Virus record (IMG/VR): IMGVR_UViG_3300013426_000002
Span: 1-64,000 of that record
Source: a virus
Direction: 5' to 3' (one strand)
Length of the DNA stretch: 64,000 nt
The notes beneath the pieces are model-generated. The model saw nothing but the letters and a program-made list of their open reading frames with translations. It made no database searches and was not told the origin of the DNA. Shown here piece after piece: positions 10,266 to 19,763 of the stretch. Positions within the stretch are counted from its first letter, which is position 1, and each line of letters opens with the position of its first letter. Both the position numbers and the translations under genes were made by a program.

Positions 10266-10772
10266 CTATACTGATTGATTATCTCCTTCAGTTGTTCCGC
10301 TATCTCGTCCTGATTCCTGTGTCTCATTTTCTGTTATATTATCTGATGAACCAAAACCATTTTCACCTCTGTCACCTTCAACTAATTCTTCAGAAAGAAT
10401 AGGTTCAATGGTAGGATAAGGTAAGATAACTAACTGAGCAATTTTCTCACCAGGTTGATAGATAGTAGGTAGTGCATCTGTAGTAAGCTTAAACTTACAC
10501 ATGATTTCACCTCGATATCCAGCATCAACTATGCCTACACAATTACACAATGATAAAGATCTTTGAGATACAGATGATCTCATAAAAATAAAACCTGCGT
10601 ATCCTTCAGGAATTTCAACTGCTAAATCAGTATGATATACCAATACCATCTTACCACTTTTATCAAATTCCTGAGTAAATCTAGTACCTACTAGGTCTAA
10701 TCCTGCATCATTAGGATTAGCATAAGTAGGTAACACTGCTTCTTGGGCTAATTTTTTAAATTTTACTTTCAT
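10266..10772 (-). CDS. dut: dUTP diphosphatase (trimeric dUTPase)
   Basis: It carries the canonical dUTPase motifs: DAGLDL, MRSSVS, GIVDAGYRGEI and GDRGENGFGSSD. Confidence 0.9.
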   Translation of the reverse strand: MKVKFKKLAQEAVLPTYANPNDAGLDLVGTRFTQEFDKSGKMVLVYHTDLAVEIPEGYAGFIFMRSSVSQRSLSLCNCVGIVDAGYRGEIMCKFKLTTDALPTIYQPGEKIAQLVILPYPTIEPILSEELVEGDRGENGFGSSDNITENETQESGRDSGTTEGDNQSV

Positions 10773-11389
10773 ACTTTTTCCTTTTCAAATTCTTTCCACA
10801 TACGCTTAAGTAGAGAGGCTTGTTGTTCAGATATAGTCTCAATATAACAACTACCGTCAATAAATTGTTCAACTAAATAAAAAAGGTTTTTATTTTTGTT
10901 ATCTTTGCGTATAGTTAATTTATCATACTTAGCAAACAGTGAAGTATTTTCTAATATTGAAGTTTTTTCAAAACTATTGGTAATTTCTTTACCACCTCCA
11001 CCTTTTATCCGAATATGATTTGTATTGAAATCATCAATAGATTGTTCTTCTCCTATTTCATCATATATTTCTTCTGGAAGTTCTTCAAAAGAACCAGAAT
11101 CTTTATTTTTATTTTTACTTATCCAAAGTAAGGCTATTGCATTCCATGCAACTTGTGCTAAATGTCTACATCCTGTTTCCTCATCAAAGTCATCATGTTC
11201 AGCAGCATATAAATGTCTTAATAAAGCCCCTTTATAACGTTCATAACCATTATCAAGATTCTGCCATTTATTTTCACCATACTTCTTAGCACCCTCTGTA
11301 TACACTCTGGCAATGTCTTCAAGACAGTCTAAAGGCATTAATTCCCACCTTGTCTTGTCGTCTTTTCTATCATTTTTCTTTCCTTCCAT
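10769..11389 (-). CDS. dATP/dGTP diphosphohydrolase-like (MazG-related N-terminal domain) protein
   Basis: The N-terminus is DKTRWELMPLDCLEDIARVYTEGAKKYGENKWQN...ALLRHLYAAE...LAQVAWNAIALL. This matches the pattern I know for phage dGTP/dATP pyrophosphohydrolase N-terminal domains. The gene has a 4-nt overlap with dut. Confidence 0.55.
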   Translation of the reverse strand: MEGKKNDRKDDKTRWELMPLDCLEDIARVYTEGAKKYGENKWQNLDNGYERYKGALLRHLYAAEHDDFDEETGCRHLAQVAWNAIALLWISKNKNKDSGSFEELPEEIYDEIGEEQSIDDFNTNHIRIKGGGGKEITNSFEKTSILENTSLFAKYDKLTIRKDNKNKNLFYLVEQFIDGSCYIETISEQQASLLKRMWKEFEKEKV

Positions 11390-11394
11390 AGATT

Positions 11395-11592
11395 TTAATT
11401 ATCTGCATGTTTCTTTTTAGGTTTTATCTTAAAAAGATAACTAAACATTATTGGTTTAAGATCGTCATTATTACCAATCTTTTCGTTTGCAAGTTTAAAT
11501 GGATGATTGCATATCACTTCTATTACTTGATAAGGAATATTGTATTTGTTAGCTAATTGAGTATATATACTAATTCTTTTTTGAGAAATCAT
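11395..11592 (-). CDS. Hypothetical 65-aa protein
   Basis: ORF packed into the minus-strand operon. Confidence 0.5.
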   Translation of the reverse strand: MISQKRISIYTQLANKYNIPYQVIEVICNHPFKLANEKIGNNDDLKPIMFSYLFKIKPKKKHADN

Positions 11593-11959
11593 ATGCTATT
11601 TTATAGTTTTCATTCCAAAGTAGGTCGTCAAGGTCGCTATTAATTTCAATAGAATTAGGTCTAACTGTATTGGTAAATATCTTTAAAGAATCTGTCCAAC
11701 AATCAGCATCAAAAACAATTAAAGAATTTAGTAATTTCACTTCTTCTTTTGTATAGTCCTTTCTTGGTTCTAAAATTACTAACCCGTCATAATCATTATT
11801 ACCCCTAGTAATAGGGAAACATAATGTCATATAATCTGTAATGTAATGGAACTTATTGTATGATAGATCTGTATGAAATAACTTACTAAACATTTTAGTT
11901 ATTTTTGAATATTCTTTCCAAAGTAAGATACTACCAGGCTTAATTTTCAGAGTTTCCAT
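11570..11959 (-). CDS. Hypothetical 129-aa protein
   Basis: ORF that overlaps both neighbouring genes. Confidence 0.6.
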   Translation of the reverse strand: METLKIKPGSILLWKEYSKITKMFSKLFHTDLSYNKFHYITDYMTLCFPITRGNNDYDGLVILEPRKDYTKEEVKLLNSLIVFDADCWTDSLKIFTNTVRPNSIEINSDLDDLLWNENYKIAYDFSKKN

Positions 11960-12323
11960 ATTTTATTTTCAATATTATAGTCAACTGAACCCTATCCCCA
12001 ATAACAACCGGTATTAAAGCTTTGTTTACGTACAGTTCGTCTTCTGCAGGTCCTGCTTTTAATATCCCCTTTTCTTTAAAAGACTTAATGTATCTACTCA
12101 GGTTATCCTTAGTAATGCCTAGATTTTCTATAATCCATTTTCTATTTTGTCTATTAGCTACATTTTTATTTGTGTTTGGTTCTTTTTCATATTCAATATC
12201 CATTCTAATCAATGTAGCCATTAGCTCTAATTCTCTATCGGTTAACCTGAGTATGCCATTAAGTGTATGTAAAAATTCTGTTATAAGTTCATCCTTGTTG
12301 ACTTGCTTAACAAGTTTATTCAT
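11940..12323 (-). CDS. Putative winged-helix DNA-binding protein
   Basis: The segment NRKWIIENLGITKDNLSRYIKSFKEKGILK resembles an HTH/wHTH recognition segment. Confidence 0.45.
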   Translation of the reverse strand: MNKLVKQVNKDELITEFLHTLNGILRLTDRELELMATLIRMDIEYEKEPNTNKNVANRQNRKWIIENLGITKDNLSRYIKSFKEKGILKAGPAEDELYVNKALIPVVIGDRVQLTIILKIKYGNSEN

Positions 12324-12723
12324 TTATAATGGATTCAAATTTATTTAGAACTTTCATCAGATTAAAATAAACAGTATCGTGTTCTACTTTTTGACATGTG
12401 GGCATTTTACCAGCTTTATATTTTTCAGCAACTACTTTGTTACGCTGATTGTACTTGTTCTGTAATCTCTTAATTTCTACATAAAGTCTCTTCAACTTGG
12501 AATTGAAAACTTCTTCTTTATTATTGTCGACAGGAGATAAAAGACCTGCTTTTACATAATTATCAATAACATTGGCAGAAATTGCCATACTTTTTGCAGT
12601 ATAAACTTCTTTTGTTGTTTTTTCAGAATTCATAACGAAATTTTCACTTTTTTCATTATAAGAAAAAACGTCATCTACATCTGCACAGCCAAAAGGCTTA
12701 ATAACTTTATACTCTGTAATCAT
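12316..12723 (-). CDS. Hypothetical 135-aa protein
   Basis: ORF overlapping the downstream gene by 8 nt. Confidence 0.6.
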   Translation of the reverse strand: MITEYKVIKPFGCADVDDVFSYNEKSENFVMNSEKTTKEVYTAKSMAISANVIDNYVKAGLLSPVDNNKEEVFNSKLKRLYVEIKRLQNKYNQRNKVVAEKYKAGKMPTCQKVEHDTVYFNLMKVLNKFESIINE

Positions 12724-12790
12724 ATTGTTTATCTTAAATTTATAACCCTATAACGTAATAGTTGTGTTTTTGTTGCAACTTTTTATAAAT

Positions 12791-12819
12791 AAAAAGGGGT
12801 TAAGTAAAACCTAACCCCT
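12791..12819 (-). terminator. Intrinsic terminator downstream of 12871..13248
   Basis: AGGGGTTA(A)G ... CTAACCCCT forms the hairpin. On the minus strand it is followed by TTTTTATTTAT. Confidence 0.6.
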
Positions 12820-12870
12820 AGTGACACCACATACAACCACGAATTAATTAAAAGACTAACGCTTTAGTCT

Positions 12871-13248
12871 TTATTTTTTGATAAAAGCCACTACATTATA
12901 TGGATTTACTAATTGAGAATCTTTAAATAGATCAAAGTCTATTGTAGATTTTCTAGAGTAGGCTACTATATCTCCTACTTCAGGATGATTATCAGGATCT
13001 ACCCATTGATAGTTAGCTGGAATTGCCAATACTATACCTTTTTTAAAGGTTGTAGGTACTTTTTCTGTAACTGTTTCACTATCTGTAATCTGGTAGCCAT
13101 TTTCATCTTTTTCTCCAGTATTAACTGGCTTGGTTATTTCCTTTTCAATATATTCTTCTGGTAATGGTTTTACCAAGATATCTTTAATAAATTGAAATTC
13201 CAACTTAGACAGTACTGTATTTATCAATTCTTTATCTTCTGTATTCAT
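12871..13248 (-). CDS. Hypothetical 125-aa protein (weak GroES/gp31-like co-chaperonin pattern)
   Basis: The pattern is ILVKPLP...KKGIVLAIP...VGDIVAYS. This is a pattern resemblance only. Confidence 0.5.
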   Translation of the reverse strand: MNTEDKELINTVLSKLEFQFIKDILVKPLPEEYIEKEITKPVNTGEKDENGYQITDSETVTEKVPTTFKKGIVLAIPANYQWVDPDNHPEVGDIVAYSRKSTIDFDLFKDSQLVNPYNVVAFIKK

Positions 13249-13311
13249 GAATAATTCATTTAGTTTGTTACTAACAACAAACGCTTCAACTTTTAAAATG
13301 TTCTAAAAATA

Positions 13312-13533
13312 TTAGATTTTGTATTTTAATATATTACCACCTGTACAGCATATGTCTAAAGCTGTTTGTGGACAATGTTTCCTATCTTCAAACACACATC
13401 CATCACAACTACCACTAGGTTGGGGGTGAATAATATATTCAATATCATCAATTGTTGTAAAGCCTTTTAATATAGCTTCTCTAGCCTCTGGTTCTCCCAT
13501 TTCCAATTTAATCATAGTTAAATTCTCCATCAC
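13312..13533 (-). CDS. Hypothetical 73-aa Cys-rich protein
   Basis: The ORF contains CDGCVFEDRKHCPQTALDICC. Confidence 0.55.
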   Translation of the reverse strand: MMENLTMIKLEMGEPEAREAILKGFTTIDDIEYIIHPQPSGSCDGCVFEDRKHCPQTALDICCTGGNILKYKI

Positions 13534-13663
13534 AAGGATCTATCTCAAACTCTTCATCATTGCAATAGTTATAATCTATATCATCCATATTGTATATTAT
13601 TAGATTAAGTATTCTAGAGTAAGAGTAGATAGTTTGTAATTTATTACCTTTACTCTAGATTTA

Positions 13664-13696
13664 ACTATCTATTACTATCTATTACTATCTATTACT
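13664..13696. repeat. Tandem 10-bp repeat, unit ATTACTATCT, about 3.3 copies
   Basis: The sequence reads ACTATCT ATTACTATCT ATTACTATCT ATTACT directly. It lies in the 244-nt intergenic gap. An inverted repeat CTAGAGTAA / TTACTCTAG flanks it on the left. Confidence 0.85.
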
Positions 13697-13777
13697 TAGT
13701 AACAGATAACGTTTGATACATCAATTTTGTTCCATTTTTAGTAAAATAAAAATAATTTTAACATTATTTATGATTAT

Positions 13778-14074
13778 TTAACTTTCTATTTTATAATTCA
13801 AAAGTGTTAATAAATCATAAAATTTGTTAATATTATCAAAATACAGTGTATAACAAATCTTAAAATATGTTAAATTTTCAAAATAATTGTTTAAAGATAT
13901 TGCAGAGACATCAATACATTTGTCACCATTTACTTTGGTATGTTCATTCATAACAAAGCTTAATACTTCAAAATCACTATAATGATAATACCATAATTTA
14001 CTGGATTCATTGTAAGTAAATCCTTTCTCTAATAATTCTTTTTTAATTGTTTCTATCATATTTATTACTTGCAT
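13778..14074 (-). CDS. Hypothetical 98-aa protein
   Basis: It is one of the first ORFs of the minus-strand block. Confidence 0.6.
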   Translation of the reverse strand: MQVINMIETIKKELLEKGFTYNESSKLWYYHYSDFEVLSFVMNEHTKVNGDKCIDVSAISLNNYFENLTYFKICYTLYFDNINKFYDLLTLLNYKIES

Positions 14075-14089
14075 GTTTGTAAATTAATT

Positions 14090-14233
14090 TCACCCATTCT
14101 TTTTTCTTTGCTTACCTCTGAGTCTACAAGGGTGTTTAATCTTACATAATGTCTTTAATGCTTCTTCAAAATCCTTTACTGTGGTATCTCTCCAAACCAC
14201 TGTATTGTCACATGATATTCGCTCGTTTTTCAT
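14090..14233 (-). CDS. Possible 47-aa basic ORF (below the track cutoff)
   Basis: My own translation gives MKNERISCDNTVVWRDTTVKDFEEALKTLCKIKHPCRLRGKQRKKNG followed by a stop. Confidence 0.3.
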   Translation of the reverse strand: MKNERISCDNTVVWRDTTVKDFEEALKTLCKIKHPCRLRGKQRKKNG

Positions 14234-14280
14234 AATATTTAAATATTTATTACTTAAACGTGTATGTGAGGATATAGTTC

Positions 14281-14420
14281 AAAAAATATTTTATAAAAAT
14301 TTTTGGCAGGTATAAACTTAAGATCACGAATAAAATTTTCTAAAAAATAAAAAATATAGCGTGATGGTGAGAACGTGAATAAAATTATAAAAAAATTTTA
14401 TAAAATATTTGGGAGAGTGT
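14281..14420. promoter_or_regulatory. AT-rich divergent control region with duplicated boxes
   Basis: Two paired direct repeats are present. One pair is CACGAATAAAATT / CGTGAATAAAATT. The other is ATTTTATAAAAATTTTTGG / ATTTTATAAAATATTTGGG. The region lies at the switch point between the minus and plus transcription blocks. Confidence 0.5.
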
Positions 14421-14540
14421 GAACCAGTACTAAATCAAGCCCCCTCTCCTAACAAGTAGGGGAAAGTCCCCCTTCAATAAGTTATAGAGTTACTGTATTT
14501 TAACAACCTCGCGATGCTACAAGGTTAATCGTATAAAGAA

Positions 14541-15125
14541 ATGGCTTCTATCAAAGAACAATCAGCAGCTAAGTATCAGCTTGTTACAGCTGAAGTGAAA
14601 GAGTCTAAGGACGGCAATACGAAGTACGTGGTTGCAGAGTTTACAAGAACAGGTCTTGATGAACTCATGGCTCAACAGGAGAACGGGATTCGGTTACAGA
14701 TATTACCGAAATACGGCATCTCAGAGGATGCTGCTAATACTTACCTACAGAAGTGGGTAGATAAGGCAAAGGCAGGTGACTATGAAACCTACATTGGTAC
14801 ATACACTGTAGGTGATTATGAACCATTCTTGCGTAAAAACGCAGACGGTGTTTACAACACCAAAAAGAAAGATGGCAAGAACGTTAAAATCCAGTACACA
14901 GATGTAACAATATACTGGTTCTGTGATGAAGATGGTAATCCCGTAAAGGGTAACAACTACATCATACGTCGTGCTGACAACTTGTTCCAGAACAGTACAC
15001 GTATTATTACTGTTGCTGAGTATAAGAAACAACAGGCAGCTGCTAAAGTAGCTAAAGAAGCCGCTAAAGCGGCAACTGATTCCCTTGTAGCGGATGCAGA
15101 TGCTGGCGATGAAGACTTGTTATAA
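14541..15125 (+). CDS. 194-aa protein with an acidic C-terminal tail; candidate ssDNA-binding protein
   Basis: It is the first gene of the plus block. G+C and codon usage are markedly higher than in the neighbours. The C-terminus is ADADAGDEDLL, as in SSB acidic tips. A terminator follows. Confidence 0.35.
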   Translation: MASIKEQSAAKYQLVTAEVKESKDGNTKYVVAEFTRTGLDELMAQQENGIRLQILPKYGISEDAANTYLQKWVDKAKAGDYETYIGTYTVGDYEPFLRKNADGVYNTKKKDGKNVKIQYTDVTIYWFCDEDGNPVKGNNYIIRRADNLFQNSTRIITVAEYKKQQAAAKVAKEAAKAATDSLVADADAGDEDLL

Positions 15126-15127
15126 AT

Positions 15128-15167
15128 GTGGTGAGGAAGTGTGCTAAGGAAGCACTACTTCCCCACC
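15128..15167 (+). terminator. Hairpin terminator after 14541..15125
   Basis: GTGGTGAGGAAGTGTGCT / AAGCACTACTTCCCCACC form an imperfect long stem, followed by CCTTTT. Confidence 0.55.
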
Positions 15168-15449
15168 CCTTTTAACCACTTTTAACACTTTCACCCATAA
15201 GCTATTTATATAATATATAGCGTAACTTAACATATAAAACCCATATCATGTCAAGAAAAGATGATGAAGTAGGATGTTTATTACAAATAATAATTGTATT
15301 AATATTTGTAATAATGTATATTATTGCACATATTCACTTTGGTGAATTAATGGATGTATTCTGATCTTAAATAAGCGATCGTGCAAATTCGCTACCAATA
15401 GTGCATGAAGTAATGCACGACAGTTATTAACTCTAAATTTATAAACAAT

Positions 15450-15647
15450 ATGAATAAAATAATTGGATGCTTCATGTACATTGTGCTCACAGTTTACGTA
15501 TTAATAACAATAAGTATATTGTATAATATGGCAACTGGTCCACACTCTGAATACTTTCCAACAGCTTTATCTAGTTGTTTAGCTTTTAATGCTATTTGCT
15601 ATATTATAGCAAAATGGTTATTTAATCGCTTTAATAAAAAGTTTTAG
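15450..15647 (+). CDS. Small membrane protein (65 aa, two hydrophobic helices)
   Basis: The ORF is hydrophobic: IIGCFMYIVLTVYVLITISILY and LSSCLAFNAICYIIAKWLF. Confidence 0.55.
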   Translation: MNKIIGCFMYIVLTVYVLITISILYNMATGPHSEYFPTALSSCLAFNAICYIIAKWLFNRFNKKF

Positions 15648-16294
15648 TATTCAACTTCCTGGGTATGAAGTAAAACTGCCTTTTTGAACTTTTTTCATTG
15701 TGTAAAAGATAAAAAACTTAATAACTTTCCAAGTCATTGAGGACACCAGTTTCTTATAGAATACGCATCTAAGGGTAAATATACTCGGTGCGATATAAGT
15801 TTTAGGTGTAAAATGCAATACATTTGAGAAGCATAAAGTAGACACGGTTCATAAGTTAGCTACTTGATGAATACGCCTATATTTATAAGGCTATTATTAT
15901 ACAGAAAGGTTATCACGCATAGTTTATTAGAATTTTTAGCTGTCTTTAAATACTTCCCCACAGTCAATTTTCTATATTGACTCATCATTGTGAAATGATT
16001 ATTCCTCGTAAGTAATGGTTAGTAAATATGCGTTGATACGCCAAGGTACAAGTTAAGAGACTTGTATATTGAACACCATTACTCTCACCTCTCCAAAGTA
16101 ATGACAACCTCATCGTAGTTACTCATCTACTTTTACAGTTTTGCCATTTTATATATAGAGTAACGGGTTTTGGAGTCTAGTATTGTAAGTCCAGTGGAAC
16201 ACTAATATACTAAACAATATTATAACACATATTATAATATTGTAGATTGAAACGTATATAGCATACTGGCATAGAAGCTAATAGTCATTATTCT

Positions 16295-16645
16295 TTGATA
16301 TTAAATTCACAATATATGGTTAGATTAATATTAGAGAACAAAAAAGAAACCAATTGGTTTCAACAGTTTTGGTTGTTAAAGAAACAACTAAAGCTTACAT
16401 TACGAGAATGTATTAAATTATTTATTTCTTTAAAAAGGAATAAATCAATATTAATACAATCGGCAAAAGACGAGAAATTTCTCAATGATTTTCTTGATGT
16501 AACCTATTTCATATTAAAAAATGAATTTGATGCTAATATAACAGATGTACCTTATGGGTTAACATCTATTGTAGATGCAAATCATTTTAACTGTTATGTT
16601 ATAGATTATATTCGAGGATATCGCATTTACATTTCTCGTATGTAA
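16295..16645 (+). CDS. Hypothetical protein
   Basis: ORF track entry. The track start is TTG, so the real start may be the ATG at 16316 (MVRLILENKK). Confidence 0.55.
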   Translation: MILNSQYMVRLILENKKETNWFQQFWLLKKQLKLTLRECIKLFISLKRNKSILIQSAKDEKFLNDFLDVTYFILKNEFDANITDVPYGLTSIVDANHFNCYVIDYIRGYRIYISRM

Positions 16646-16728
16646 AAAGAAAGGGTTAGTACTGCAAATAAATCTTGTTTCTGCTTCTACTAACCCTTTA
16701 ACTTTGAATCAATCAAATAAATAATAAT

Positions 16729-16977
16729 ATGAGAGCATACCCACAAAGTCTACTATATCAATTAGTAGGGCAAATGATTACCATACTTAGTACCAATCAG
16801 ACGGGAAAAGTTGGTAAAGTTGAAACAACGCATGATAGTAAATGCGTAATAGTTTCATTACATGTTAATGAATGGTCCCCTTTATCTTATAAACCAATGA
16901 CTAAAGTTTGTAAGATAAAACTTAGTTTAACTACTCTGTTAAAAGATGTTAAATTACATAGTCTAAGTAAGAAATAA
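16729..16977 (+). CDS. Hypothetical 82-aa protein
   Basis: ORF in the plus-strand block. Confidence 0.55.
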   Translation: MRAYPQSLLYQLVGQMITILSTNQTGKVGKVETTHDSKCVIVSLHVNEWSPLSYKPMTKVCKIKLSLTTLLKDVKLHSLSKK

Positions 16978-17165
16978 AATAGAACTTGTTGAAATGTAAA
17001 TTTTCTAAAGACCCTATTCTCGGATAACTCGGGATGAGGACTACGAGAATGTTTAACCAGAGTTAATGGTGTATAATAGCGGCTTGGCGGCGTCAGCGAA
17101 CATGTATCATTACTCTGGTTATTATATTTTAAGAAGAATTTTAAACTCATTTAAATCAATTAAAT

Positions 17166-17624
17166 ATGAACATTAACGATAATCGTGAGATTGAATTATC
17201 TCTATTTTTCCTTGAAAAAGATGCTAACAAGCAACCTTATTCACCAATACAACAAGCTAAGTTAGTAAAAGATCTTACTAATAAATCTCTTAGAGAATCA
17301 AAAGACATTGTAGATTCTGGAAGAGCTACAATAACTATCTCTGAGCAAGATTTCAAAAAAATAACAGAAGATTTAAAAGCAGTAGGAATATTCTATAGGG
17401 TTTCTTGCATAACAGAAGGACCAGAAATTGAAAAAGACCCTACACAAGAAATAAATTTTATTGTTTCTAAAGGGATTTTAAATAAAAAGAAAGACAAAAC
17501 TGTAGAATGTTATTTATTATCTAAAGAAGAATATAATAAACTATTTGCAGTTAAAGCAACTCTTATAGATATCATTGGAACATTAAAATCTTTAGTAGAC
17601 CGTTGTCAGTCTATAAAAGATTAA
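17166..17624 (+). CDS. Hypothetical 152-aa protein
   Basis: ORF in the plus-strand block. Confidence 0.65.
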   Translation: MNINDNREIELSLFFLEKDANKQPYSPIQQAKLVKDLTNKSLRESKDIVDSGRATITISEQDFKKITEDLKAVGIFYRVSCITEGPEIEKDPTQEINFIVSKGILNKKKDKTVECYLLSKEEYNKLFAVKATLIDIIGTLKSLVDRCQSIKD

Positions 17625-17658
17625 TATTTATTTCATTAATTATTAAAACATTATCAAA

Positions 17659-18162
17659 ATGGAAAATGAAAACAAATCTAATGTCTTTAAAGGTACGATG
17701 ATTACAATCATGGTATTATTATTGGCATGTGTAGGATTAAACACCTACAAGTATGTAACAGGAAATGATATTCCTAACATTACTACACAGTCTTCAGCAA
17801 GTGAAGAAATCTCTACTATGGAAGCAATTCCAACAGTAGAAGAAGCCATGATAGAATGGCAAGATCTCAAAGAACACGAAAGGTGTTACGAGATTTATAT
17901 GAATTTCCCACCGGAAATTATGCAAGCATTATACGAAAAACTCGGCACTCAAGAGAATATACGAAAGTATGTTTATGAGTATGAAAGAAATCGAGAGTAT
18001 TATGTATCCCTACAAATTGTTAACCAGCTGAACAAAACCGGATTAGAAGATCCTGGAATAGATGGTAATAGAATAAAAAAAGCCAAAGTCCAGGTAGAAC
18101 TTGAAAAACTAACACCTAGCAACGCACCAATTAAGGCTGAACCAGCGGACAGTGTTCAGTAA
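17659..18162 (+). CDS. Hypothetical 167-aa protein with an N-terminal transmembrane helix
   Basis: It contains the helix MITIMVLLLACVGLNTY. The start context ACATTATCAAAATG is shared with 25020 and 20724. Confidence 0.65.
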   Translation: MENENKSNVFKGTMITIMVLLLACVGLNTYKYVTGNDIPNITTQSSASEEISTMEAIPTVEEAMIEWQDLKEHERCYEIYMNFPPEIMQALYEKLGTQENIRKYVYEYERNREYYVSLQIVNQLNKTGLEDPGIDGNRIKKAKVQVELEKLTPSNAPIKAEPADSVQ

Positions 18163-18275
18163 TAGTGTTTAATTTTTAAGTTATCTTCATCTATTATTAT
18201 TAAGTTCAGTAAGATTGCATTGGTATGTGAATATAGATGCAATCGTCTTCAGCAGATGACAAACCTTTATAAACT

Positions 18276-18743
18276 ATGAGATATATAAATAATTATAATT
18301 ATAATACTCTTATTATAATAGATAGTAAAAATAATGAAACAGTAGGAAAAGTATTATTAGATATTGAAGATATACCAAAAATACAAAAATATCATTGGAG
18401 ATTAAATGAAAAAGGCTATGTAATAGCATCAATAAAAGGACATAAAACTATAAGAATACACAATTTAATATTAGAAAGAGATACAAGTAATCAAAAAATT
18501 ACTTGTGACCATATAAATAGAAATAAACTGGATAATAGAAAAGAAAATTTGAGAATAATATCACATTTAGAAAACAACTTAAATACGGATAGAATAGAAA
18601 AAGGAAAAGGATATTGTTTTAGAAAAGATAGAAATAGATGGATGGCTTATATTAAAAAAGATAATAAAATGAAAACTATAGGATATTTTAATACTGAAGA
18701 AGAAGCAAAACAAGCAAGAAGTCTTTACTGTGAGAATCAGTGA
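18276..18743 (+). CDS. Free-standing HNH homing endonuclease with an AP2-like DNA-binding domain
   Basis: The HNH core is CDHINRNKLDNRKENLRIISHLENN. The C-terminal segment RWMAYIKKDNKMKTIGYFNTEEEAKQAR is AP2-type. ORF-free DNA flanks the gene on both sides. Confidence 0.8.
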   Translation: MRYINNYNYNTLIIIDSKNNETVGKVLLDIEDIPKIQKYHWRLNEKGYVIASIKGHKTIRIHNLILERDTSNQKITCDHINRNKLDNRKENLRIISHLENNLNTDRIEKGKGYCFRKDRNRWMAYIKKDNKMKTIGYFNTEEEAKQARSLYCENQ

Positions 18744-18996
18744 TAAACTTGTGGGGCTCATGTCTTATCAAAAGGGTGGCCAACTTTTAGATAGCATTAG
18801 TGCGGACGTTAAAATCAAGTAGATGATAAGAATTGTACTGACAATACAATTCTGCTGTATCTTAAAATAAGTATTGATAGTCAAATTTTCCTAAACCAAT
18901 CCTCGTTATTAGGTAAAATTTCTTTTTGTTTATATGTTGCTACAACAACATTATTAATTAGATCCATTATGGTTGTAGACATAATGGCGTCATCAA

Positions 18997-19464
18997 ATGT
19001 CAAATTTAAAAACAATCCAAAAAATGAAAGGAATTGTAGTTATTGTGATGCCTGAAAGCTCACAACATGTTGAGGTAAAAATACCATCTGGTATTACTCC
19101 TACACAGTTTGATGCGATAATGAATCGTATTAAACACGATTTTTTCACAACAATAAAGCCACAGGCTGATACTGATTCATTAGTTGTTACAACTTATGAT
19201 GAAAATGAAGCAAACGCATTATTGTCAAATGCCTCATCTGTAAATGCTGCAAAAGCATTAATAGATGCAGTAGGTAATCCTCATGATTCCGATTGGAGTG
19301 GAAGATTCTTTACACTCTATGGTAACGGAGATCCAAAAGTAGCACAAACAATTTTGTTTTTAAAACAGAATATGGATGTATCTGCACAAAATTATCTTAA
19401 ATCTAATGGTTTAGGATGGTTATGTGATTTTCTGGGTCTTGGTGTAACCAAATTTGGATTCTAA
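18997..19464 (+). CDS. Hypothetical 155-aa protein
   Basis: ORF in the plus-strand block. Confidence 0.65.
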   Translation: MSNLKTIQKMKGIVVIVMPESSQHVEVKIPSGITPTQFDAIMNRIKHDFFTTIKPQADTDSLVVTTYDENEANALLSNASSVNAAKALIDAVGNPHDSDWSGRFFTLYGNGDPKVAQTILFLKQNMDVSAQNYLKSNGLGWLCDFLGLGVTKFGF

Positions 19465-19763
19465 TGGGAAAGACATTTAAAGACATGAAAGCATCCAAAT
19501 CTTTACGAGAAAAAGATTCTCATAAGAAGCGGATGCTTCCTTACAAGAGAGAAAATAAAAAATATGATGAAACTCGCCAGTAACATCAATTATTTTATTA
19601 TATGGTGGTTATCCCCAAGAAAGTGTAGAAGTCCAGAGTCCTAAGACAATCAAAGCCATATGAAGATATATGGTACGTCAACAAAGTAATTGGGATGTTG
19701 TCGAAATAAGTTAAATGAATAAGACAAACACTTTCTTCTAATTGAATTTAAAAACAATTAAAT

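Noticed and set aside
15651-17150. Minus-strand ORFs 15651..15845 and 16887..17150 in the plus-strand block
   Set aside because: They run opposite to all neighbours, have odd composition (FFIFY and CSLTPPSRYY-type strings) and overlap hairpin-rich non-coding sequence or the 3' end of a plus-strand ORF.
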